This document shows, piece after piece, positions 11,401 to 22,646 of a stretch of 64,000 nucleotides of DNA. Each line of letters opens with the position of its first letter. Positions within the stretch are counted from its first letter, which is position 1. The position numbers were made by a program, and so were the translations under genes. Source of the DNA: the human T2T-CHM13v2.0 reference genome, Homo sapiens; the NCBI RefSeq assembly GCF_009914755.1, contig NC_060938.1; one strand, written 5' to 3'. The notes below the pieces were generated by a model. That model saw only the letters and a program-made list of their open reading frames with translations, made no database searches and had not been told where the DNA came from.

Positions 11401-12319
11401 CAACAGAAAAGGAACGTCCACCATATAGACAGAGAAAGAATAGTGCTTTCAGGACTTCCTTTGCTAACATTAGTAATGTGCAGTCGTTATTATTAGTCAA
11501 AGACTTGCTTCAAGTCAGTAATTGGGCAAGTACAAAATATAATTAAATTGGCTCATGGTAACTGGATATACTTACCTACATAGACTTAAACTAAAGTATA
11601 ATTTAGTGAAACATGCTGAAAAGGACAAAAAGCTGAGGTATGATTTTCAGTACATTTTCAGCTCATTGTTATTTAAATGAACTAAGAACTCAGACCAGCA
11701 CAAATACATCTGCAAAAGCACTGCTTTTATGATTATTTAGGGGTGATGTTTGGATCAACACAGGATCCAAACAGAAAGCTAGTATGACACAATGACTATC
11801 TTAGCCAGGCTTTTCAGACTTGGCAATAAATTTAAAATCTGTATAAATTTGAAGCAAAAATGTTAGCATCATGTGGAGGTCAGTACAACACTGCATTATA
11901 CGTCCTGATTTTATCTGAAACAAAGGCATACTGTAATCTGTTGTTCTACAGGAAATAAAGTATAAATCAAGAAGGGGCTCTATATCAGGCCCTATGTTGT
12001 CCTTGAACTACATGCACAGAAACTGAATTGATAATAAAAGCACAGTGGCCTGCTATGTGGCAAATGACTGCATTTATTTCCTTTCCTTTTTTTTTAAATG
12101 AGTGAAATCCATAATAAGCCAGGCAGCTGGGTGCATTAATCTGTTTATATTGTCTTTTATTGCAAAGTATATGTGTATGGTAAAAGAAATCCTAATATAT
12201 AAATTACCTTGAAGAGAGTTTTTTTCAAAGTATAAAAGTAAATAATACTTTTCCTCTGAATTCCATATTTAAAGATGACAATGGTAGGTTGAGTGGATGA
12301 ATTTGAGTTGATTCTTTTA

Positions 12320-12462
12320 CTTTGAATTCTGATTGTTCCACTTATTGATCTGAACAATTTACTTAGCACTTCTGAGCCTTAGTTTCCTCAACTCAACTGG
12401 AAAATGGAAATAAAACGGGTCCCTTCTAGGACCCGTGTGAAAATTAAATATGATAATATATA
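12320..12462 (+). mobile_element. MIR fragment
   Basis: ttgaattctg...acttagcacttctgagccttagtttcctca...aaaatggaaataa...tgtgaaaattaaatatgataat. Confidence 0.7.
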
Positions 12463-13055
12463 GGGTGGAGGTAGATGCTGGGTTCATGTCAGCTTCTAAC
12501 TGCCCTGCCTACAAAATGCCATATTTGAATTGTTTTGGTTTCAACATTTGGTTTGCTGCCAGAGTAGATAGTCCTACAGAGAAATATGTTTGTTTGTCAA
12601 AACATAAATTAAAGATGATTGTAGGTCTTAAACTTTATTTGAATTTTAGACTTTTTCTGAATATTCAAATGTTTTATATTCATATTATTTATTAGAAAGT
12701 TAGAGTTTTGATGCTTTTGCCTTCATTGAAGCAGTTGTTGTCCATAAGAAGAGATTTAAAAGTAGATAACAGTAGGACAGGGTGGCCTGTTCCTGAAGAG
12801 ACCCTCATTTAGTGCATGGCTTTTGAAAATACTTTCTTTCCTCCCTGAGTCTTGTATTAGATTTTTGCCTAACAGAAGACAGCTTGCCTCTAATTGCTAA
12901 TTTGCAGGAGAAAGCACAATCTCAGTGTCTCCCTTATGACAGAGGTGGTTTCTGAAACCAAACCAAAAAACCATCAGCAATATCGGGATAAGTCTGCCAA
13001 AAACTAGGGCGAGGGTCTTTTTTTTTTTTTAATTTATTTTCTCTTTTCCTTGCAG

Positions 13056-13106
13056 CTGACTTTGGGACCTGTAATTTACAGGCTGTCATGGAAACAAGTT
13101 GCACAT
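13056..13106 (+). other. Candidate 51-nt frame-preserving cassette exon
   Basis: Long pyrimidine tract ending ttccttgcag (AG 13054-13055) and donor cat|gtgagt at 13107. Two frames are open (LTLGPVIYRLSWKQVAH or xDFGTCNLQAVMETSCT). Confidence 0.4.
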
Positions 13107-14138
13107 GTGAGTTCCCATGGCCAAAGTGGCAGTCTGTGAATGGTGGATATTCAAGGTGGCACCAGGCTCATCTATGCTGAGAATAAATTCAGTTCTAAAA
13201 CATCAAAAAAAAAATCTTACTAGACATAGTCATAGCAAAGAGGGCATTGTTTCAGTGAATTCAAAGACAATTGCCTAATACATGTCTTACTGATTCAAAT
13301 GTGCTTGCTTAGAAAAAATAGTAAGTTCCCCGGTGTGAGTGCATCACTGTGCATATTTACATTTTGATCAGGACACATTGATTTCTTCCCCACAAATAAT
13401 GAATACAATATTAATAAGAATATTGACTTGATATTTTAGAGTTAATTAGCTTTACTCTGGCAAAAGGCACCTTTGGTAGCTTTAAAGCGATCTTGAAAAA
13501 TAACTCCTGCTAGTATTCTGCTTAAAAACCGATACTCATGAAACTGCTAAGAAAACAAATAACTGTAGATTGATACTGTTGATTGCTAGTCTAGTTGTCA
13601 GTGAAGCTGATAGCACAAAACCTCACAATAAAGTAAGGTTAAGATTGACCGATAGTGTATTCTCATGGCCCTGTGAGTTGTTTCATGTACTTTACAAAGG
13701 GGATCTATTTAAGTTTTATTTTTAGGTGTATTTTTCTGACCCTCATTCTTTTCACCCACTTCCCTAACTTCTTCACTTAGGAAAATAGATAGCAAACCAT
13801 AGAATAGATCAAATAGATACAGAAATTTCCATTGGTATGTGTCCTGAATATATCATAAAATTTCAGAGGTCAGGACACCAGAGATGTCACCTCTACGCAT
13901 GATCAGTATTTTCATCTTGTTTTGGTACACTTTGCACTTGGAAGCCCCTCACATGACTAGTAAAATAGATTTATTTTAATGACTAAGAGGTTCTAGTTGC
14001 AGAAACACAAGCAGACTATTTCTATTGTTTTGACTAGCACAAAAGTAAAATTTTAGCTTATTGTTGATATGTATGGTTGGAATTCCCATTCTAATTCTGT
14101 TATCATAATTCAGGTCTTAATTCTACCACCTCTTCCAT

Positions 14139-14141
14139 GAT

Positions 14142-14180
<39 letters not shown>

Positions 14181-14183
14181 TTT
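14139..14183. repeat. (ATTT)n microsatellite
   Basis: Directly visible. Confidence 0.95.
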
Positions 14184-15450
14184 TTGTTTTGTTGTCTTTT
14201 TTTCAGGATTTTGAATCTAGAGAGATACTTTTTTCTTTGCTATGACCACATTGAATATTTATACTTATATGCTTTACCTTTTATATACAGTTTTCACAAG
14301 GACAACTCCTTGTATATGTAGGACATATATAAGTATATCAATATTTTATTACCCTCTAAATCTTACATATGAACCAAACTTTTTCTTCTTTATTTATGGC
14401 TGCCTTCATTACAGAAGATCAAAGGATTGTATCTGAAGCTTACAAAATTTGCCTGACGTAGGTGTCAGAAACAAGTGCTAAAATGGAAAATGTGGAATCA
14501 CTAGCCTTCAATGATAACATTCCGAATAATTCATACTAACATGCAAGGAAGCTCCATTCCCTAGCTCTCCCACCACTTGGTATGTGTTGAAAAGGTGCTG
14601 TGATGAACAATAGACAGGCTTTTGTCAGATTTAGTTTGCCGTATTGCATGTACATGAAGCCAAAGAGTGACTGGGAAGAATCCCAGCAGAGCACGAGAGA
14701 GCAACAAACTATAAAAGAAAAAATGAGAACGGAAAGAGGGGAAAAGGTGAGAACTCAAGAGAACATGCTAAAATGAAGCCAGAGGGAAATGTTGAAAAGG
14801 GAGAGAAACACTATAGAGGAGGGAAAAAAGAAGAAGTAAAGTGAACAGTCTGCAGGCAGAATCGTTGTAGAACTGAACATATCTGAAGTGTCAGGCAATA
14901 TATCTGTAAAACTGTATTTGGGAGTGCAGCCGTTTCTTTTTAATAGTGGGCTATTCTCGAGTGTTAGGAAAGCCGTGTGAGATTTGATGTCAATTTTATT
15001 CTTGGCATTCAGTCTCTCTGTATGGACACAAAAGGAAATCAGGAGGTTAGACAAAAAGGTAAAAGGAAATTTTCATAGAAGGGGAAGAAGGAAACAATAT
15101 ATTGACATTGAAAGAAGCATCTTAGAAATACTACTATTCTAATTGTTTACACATCTGTGCTGTTAGTTGCAGGCAGATTTCGTGGTATTGAAGTGCTATT
15201 GTTGCCAAACATTGATTTGAAATCAAATGCTTTGCATTCTTAACATTTCAGTATACTATCTTATATTTTTAAATGCTCTCCAATAAAATATCCCTGTTTG
15301 GGATTTATTCTCTCTCATGTAATCATAGCACAAATGAACTTAATTTGGAATCTTATAGGTGGACAGAGATATAAAGTAGACTTCTGAATGCCTCACCAAC
15401 AATTAGAACAAATTACTATTTGGAGATGTGATATGATAAGTAAGTTGTAA

Positions 15451-15797
<347 letters not shown>

Positions 15798-16929
15798 TGT
15801 TTCTATAATTCTTAACAGTTCTTTTGCATGACCAGACTGACAAAGACAAATAAACATCTTATACTAAGTATACAGCATGTGTTGCATGATGTTTGTAACT
15901 GGATTATACTCAAGGTAACTAAAATGAGGGCTAAGAGTCCTTAAATTTATTCAATTTTTGTACTCTTTTTCTCTTCTGGATAGGGAGATACATAACATTA
16001 GCTAATGCTAGCTATTCTCAAAACATTTCCTTCCAAGTCCATTCTAAGTACCTAAGATATCAATATAAATCATAAAAAACATTGTGAATTTCAATTATTC
16101 CTAACTGACAATAATAGGAGTTGCTGGGAAATGAATCACTAATTTTCACACTAAAGCTTTTAATTTTACTATAGTTCTTCCTTTAAAAAGGAAGATTATA
16201 ATTCTTCTACATGTGATGAAATTCACTTAAAGTAGAAATCATTTCTCAAATATTGTTTGGTAGGAAAATTAATGATGGACTCATCAGTTTAGGAACAAAG
16301 ATAAAATATATAAGATTTTAGCACATGTAACTAATTTCATAGAAAACTTTATTAAACTTGTTGTAATAGGTTTAGAATATACATATCCTTGAAAAAAACC
16401 CAGATATATGTATATATGTGCATGCACACACAAATATTTGCATATATGTAATTAAGATTTAGTGCTAAAATTGTTTCTCCAAATTTCAATTTCAGGATTC
16501 TGTTCCATTCTTATATTTTTTCCTTCTTTGACCCAAGTGTTCCAAATACTGTCTCAAAGGGAATGTATATTTTAGAGTTTTTATTTTGATATATCACTAT
16601 CTCCTTGCAAAAAGTGCTCAAAGAGCTAAAATATTTTTATTTTAAAAGAGATGGCTTAAAAAATTTCTTCACTTTTGGATTAATCAACTTTATTATTTAG
16701 AGAGCTAAACTGAAATAAAAAGCAACTTCTATGTAAGGAAGATTATTAATTTTTTATCATAATGGTAATTTAAAAAATAAATATATGGGTTTGACTACTT
16801 CCTAAGTCATAATAATCAGACTGCCCTGCCTTCCATTTTATACCATATCCCATTGGATTCTCTGTTGAAGGACTGTACATAGCTTAATCTTTGTATAAAA
16901 TGGCTAACTGAATAATGTAGAATGTACTT

Positions 16930-17024
16930 GAAAGAAATATCTTAAAGTTTATTTTAAAACTCCTGAAAACTAAACTATAATCCGTTATCTCTCATGAGCA
17001 CAGACACAAAATCTACTTTTTGTG

Positions 17025-17072
<48 letters not shown>

Positions 17073-19945
17073 TAGACAGCCTCTCTCTCTGTTGCTCAGG
17101 CTGGAGTACAGTGGTGTGATCTCCACTTACTGCAACCTCTGCCTCCGTGGATCAAGCGATTCTTGTGCCTCAGCCTCCTGAGAAGTTGGGACTACAGGCT
17201 CCTGACACTACACCCAGCTAGTTTTTTTGTATTTTTAATAGAGACGGGGTTTCACCGTGTTAGCCAGGTTGGTCTTGGACGCCTGAGCTCAGGTGATCTG
17301 CCAGTCTTGGCCTCCCAAAGTGTTGAAATTACAGACGTGAGCCACTATGCCTAGCCAGACAAAAACTGTTCAAGAAAATCAACAAAATAGTAGTAAACAA
17401 AATCCAACAATGTATAAACAGAATGATAAATCCTGAAAAAGGGAGATTTATTCCAGGTGTGCCAGGCTGGTTCAACATTTAAAAATTAATCAGTGTAAAG
17501 CATCATATCAACTGACACAACACAAACATTTGAGAAAATCCAATTCCCATTCATAATAAAAACTCTCAGCAAACAAGATTCAGGAAAAATTTCTTAAGTT
17601 CATAAAACAGTCTACAAAAGACCAACATATAACATCATGCTTATTGTTGGGACAGTGCATGCTTTTTCCCTTAGATTAGGAACAAGGCAAGAATGTCTTC
17701 TCTCACCTCTGCTGTTAATATGTTACTGAAAGTTCTAGCTAATGCAATAAGACAAGAAAAAATAAATAGAAAATATACAGATTGGAAAAGAAGTAAAACC
17801 ATCTTCAATTGCAGATGACATGATTATCTGTGTAGAAAAATACCAAACAATTTACCAAAAATCTCCTGGAACTAATAAAGAAGTAGAATTAGATAGAATG
17901 TATACAAAGTTACTGTTATCACTTTGAAAAAATATTATGTATTAGAACAATTAAGAATAATAATAAAAGGTTTTATTTTACCTTCAGTTATTTTCTCTCT
18001 GATACTTTTTCTTTTGTGAAAGTGTAGATCTGAGTTTCTGACATATTTCCCTTCTCTCTGAAGAACTTCTTTTCACATTTCTTTTCAGGAAGGTCTGCTG
18101 GCTATGAATTACCTCAGTTTTTGTTTCTTTGACAGTGTATTTCTTTTTAAATTTTGAATTCAATTCAATTTTTTTCATGCCTTTTAGAATGCCTTACAAA
18201 TTTTTGTTGTAATGTGGACATGATATATTGGGTAACAGGTATTGAAGTTAATAGGACATTAGTGTGAGATTTATCTGAATCTGACTAGCAGTTGGACTAT
18301 GTTCAATATTTGTTGTAGCTATTGGTGTCAGATAATAAATTTCACTAGTGTCCTTGTTTTTGTTTTCTCTGTTGGCTTTGGGTTTTCTTAAGATCTTTCA
18401 TGGAGTCTGAGCTTTGCAGCTCTTTCAGCTATAATTCACTGTTTTATTGTTAATGTGATGAAAAAGAGTTGGGGAGGAAAATGCTGTATAATCTTATGAT
18501 CAAATCTTAGTCTTTTAATGGGCCTATGTCCCTGGAGTGACCTTCACAAGTAATTCTTAACATTCATTTTCTTCACCACTTAGATGAAAGGCTAGAGGGG
18601 GCTGGAGTTGGGTATTACTCTCCTGCCTATGGGAGATACAACTTTAGTAATGGCTTTTTCATTGGAGAGTAGGCTTTTGTTTTAGCATTCCAAAATGATC
18701 ACTTTCCCCATCCATCAGTCAAACACATGGTGATTTTTTTTGGTTCTTGTGAGTACCTGGTGGCATGTTTGCAGGTAAAACCCATAAAATTGTGAGCCAC
18801 GAGCTTAATATACAAAAGGCAGTTGTTTTCCTGTGTAGCAGCAATGAACAATTGGAACTTGAAATTAAAAAAAAAAACAGACCATATACAATAGCACAAA
18901 AAATTTTACTTAGGTATATATCCAAGAAAATATGTACAGGTTGTGTATGCAGAAAACTATAAAACATTGATGAAAGGAATCAAGGAAAATTCAAATAAAT
19001 ATGAGATATTTGTAGTTTATGGATTGGAAAATCAAATATTGATAAAAATAGAAGTTCTTCCCAACTTTATCTATACAGATTCAAAGTTAGGATACACCTA
19101 TATATATATTTTTTTCTTGTTGCTTCAGCTGAGAGAACCTAGAAACAATGACATGCTTGTAGCAATAAGCACAGCTAGCACCCAGGTCTTTGTTTCTAAT
19201 ACCATTGTCCAATAAAATAAACCAGGGCTTCATGGCTTATTTTAGTACTGGAGTAGGAAATATACAAGATGAGCCTGGAACATAGTATGGTGCAAAAAAG
19301 TAAGGGAGAACTAAAAAAGCCCACCCTGTTCCAACAAAATAACAACCTCACAATGACAAGGGTATTTCAAAAGGACACAGGAGCCAAGAGAAACAGCTCC
19401 CAATTACGAAAGCTGGAACAATTTGAGCAGCAAAATAAAGTTGTATTGGATTACAATCTAAAGTAAAAAATAAATATCCATGAGTTTTTACTGATTAAGT
19501 AACTGCATAAATTTCTTCTTTTCCAAAACACATAATCCCATTTGAATCATGAGAAAAATATCAGAAAATGCCAATTGAAGGACATTCTGTAAAATATCTG
19601 ACCAGAACTTTTCAAAACTGTTAAGATCATCAAAAACAAAGAAAGTCTGAAAACTGTCACATTCAAGAGCAGCCTAAGAAGAAATGGCTACCAAATCTAA
19701 TGTAGGACTCCAGATGGAATCTTGGAACAGAAAAAAAGAATATTAGGCATAAACTAAGGAAACACGAACAGGGTATGGACTCTTTAGTTAATAATGTTAT
19801 GTCAATACTGGCTTATTAATTATGACAAATGTAAGATGTTAAGAGAAGAAACTGGGAGGGAGTTATATAGAAACTCTTTTTACTATCTTCTCTAATTTTT
19901 GGTAATCAAAAATAATATTGTAATATAAATCATTTATTTAAAAAC
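16930..19945 (+). mobile_element. Fragmented L1MC-like element: ORF2 pieces and 3' UTR, with a minus-strand L1 ORF1/5' segment at ~17885-18800
   Basis: ORF2 motifs (ttccaggtgtgccaggctggttcaacat; gcagatgacatgatt; MYAENYKTLMK). L1MC-type 3' UTR (gagcctggaacat...; ...aaactctttttactatc). Confidence 0.7.
17017..17357 (-). mobile_element. AluS SINE whose tail has become a (CA)n microsatellite (TG repeat 17021-17068)
   Basis: Antisense Alu body 17069-17357. The TG run is embedded between T runs of the tail. Confidence 0.9.
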
Positions 19946-20134
19946 ATTGTAAAGCGTACTTTTACCTGGTTTTATCTACTCTGGGCACTAGAATATGAAA
20001 GGACCACCTAGGCTAGATAATATTGATTTAGCAAACAGTATGTCTGCCATTCATTTTGGCTGCCCAGCAGCTTATGCCCTTAAAATACCTGAATGGATTT
20101 TTTTAAACAGAAAACTTTATTAAAAAGTAGAAGA

Positions 20135-20458
<324 letters not shown>

Positions 20459-20739
20459 CTAAACTCATGTGCCAAAATGAGAATTACATACTTTTTATTG
20501 GCTAAAGTAGAAGTTAATATTATAGTCTATACATAATATAGAGGGAAATTCTGATATTGGCATATATGTCATTATGGAATTGATAAGGTTTTTAGGCAGA
20601 TATGACCAAGATAAGTATTTCTGTTCTCCTAGCCCTGAGTTTCTCTTCTTGTGGTCTTCAATTCCTGGTATCCTCTTCTGAGTGTACATTGAGTTTCTTG
20701 GAAAGGGCTAGTCCATTTTGAGATAATAATAGTCATCTC

Positions 20740-21185
20740 AAATTGAATTAAGTTTGTTCTAAAGCTTTCTCCATACATATTTTAGGTATGTATGGAGAAA
20801 GTACATACTGTTCCAAAGGCTTCCTTATTCATAGTGAATTGTAACCTACCTTGATGTATAAACAGACTATAACCTACTCTAGTAACAAGTAGCTGTTTGA
20901 GCCAGTCGCAGCAGCTGAATTTCAGCCAATCACAGGTGACCAGCTGTTCAAACCATGTTCAAATAAGATAAATGCTGAGCTGTAACCAATCCAGCTGTTT
21001 TTGTATTGCACTTCTGTTTCTGTACATCACTTTTCTTTTGCTGTCCGTAAATGTTGTCTGACCATGTGACAGTCTTGGAGTCACTTTGAACCTATTCTGG
21101 TTCTGGGGCCTGCCTGATTTGTGAATCATTTTTTGCTCAGTTTAACTCTGTTAAAATTTATTTGTCTAAAGTTTTCCTTTTAATA
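20740..21185 (+). mobile_element. MER57-family ERV1 solo LTR
   Basis: aattaagtttgttctaaagc...gttcaaataagataaatgctgagctgtaaccaatccagctg...tttgtctaaagttttccttttaata. Confidence 0.75.
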
Positions 21186-21474
21186 ATACCAAATAATTAT
21201 ACAGCACTCATTATGGCCCAGTCCCCTTCTAGGTGTTTTATAGTTAACCTAATACAACAATTCTGTTGGATGGCCTCTGTTATTAATGTCCCTGAAAACA
21301 AATGAGGAAAATGAGTCACACATCCTGTAAGGGGCAGTGTAGAGACTATGAACTTTTCTACCCTATTAGTAGTTAGCCATAAAGATGTGGCTTTATGGTT
21401 TTAGAGTCCGTATAACTAAATTACTACATTTTTAGTTCATATGTGAAAAGTACTTGAAACACAGGTTTTGAATA

Positions 21475-21834
21475 ACAACTAGTAAACTATACTTGGCACT
21501 AGGATGCCTTCATACCTTGAGTTCCTATGCAAGGAATGCAACCTAATTTAACACATAAACTGAGAGTCTAATTTAGGACGTCTTAGCCAATCATAGCAGC
21601 TAAGCTTCAGCCAATCATAGGCTACCAACTGATTGGAACTTGTTCAAATAAGGCAAACACTGGGCTGTAACCAATCAAGCTGTTTCAGTACCTCTTTTTT
21701 GTTCATAAATGCTACCTACCCACATTGCAGAGTCGAGCTTTCTGAACAGTTTCTGCTTCTGAGGGCTGACCGATTTGTAAATCATTCTTACTCAGTCTGT
21801 TAAATTTAATTGTCTAAGTTTTTATTTTTTCACA
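21475..21834 (+). mobile_element. Second MER57/LTR54-group ERV1 solo LTR
   Basis: ttgagttcctatg...gcaacctaa...gttcaaataaggcaaacactgggctgtaaccaatcaagctg...ttgtctaagtttttattttttcaca. Confidence 0.7.
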
Positions 21835-22646
21835 ATTATGTTCAAAGGAGAGTTTTGTTTCCTCCAAAATGCTCAAAGGAATACTTGTTGTGTGCTTCAC
21901 ATAATATCGTGAGGGATCATCAACTTCTGCTTGGCACTGCCTCTTTGCTCTCTAACCTCAGCTTTCAGTATTCCTTAACGTTCTGCCCTGTAGGTGTTCT
22001 GCCCTAGCTGCCATCCTGGAAAGGAGTTCTAACGTGTTTTGTGTAATTGGAGAAATATGTTCTTGGTTGAGATACAAGAGGAAAATAATTTTCAAACCAC
22101 TCCCCGCCCCAGGCCAAATGACATCAGTGATCTTTAGTTGTGACCTTGGTAGAGTTTTTGAACTTAAAACTTTCGACCTACATAATGAAAAGTATTTGAA
22201 TACAGATTCTAAGATATCAAATGCTAATAAGAACCATAAAATACCTAATAATGGTTTTCTTTGCTCTATCAAAGATCTCCACAGGAAGGAGATTGGCAAT
22301 TCAGTAGGTGGCACTTTTTCTACTGAGCCAGAACTAAAGCAAAACCTCAGGAATTCAACCTGCCCCAAGAATAGGTGTCTTTCCACTGAGAGATGGGACA
22401 AAGGAGGTATTTATTTGTGGTATTAAAAATATTTTTTTGAAGTGCTCAGGTGTGTTGGTTAAAATCCAGTTTGGATAATTACATTCTTCTCACAGAAATT
22501 CCACCTACAATTTTAACTGCCACTTCCAATTTCACCAACAGTTTTAATTCTAAATAGTCTCTTTTTGACACACACTGTTCTTTAGTTCCACTGCAATGGC
22601 TGGCCAATCGTCCCCCTCCTCCTTGTAGCTGAAAGTAAAGAAGTAG

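Noticed and set aside
14183-14250. Splice acceptor tttcag at 14206
   Set aside because: The pyrimidine tract derives from an (ATTT)n microsatellite, there is an early stop and no clear donor. Too weak to call.
20740-21834. LTR-internal-LTR provirus
   Set aside because: The two LTRs differ at their 5' ends, and the spacer is MIR-like/unique DNA with no PBS or PPT.
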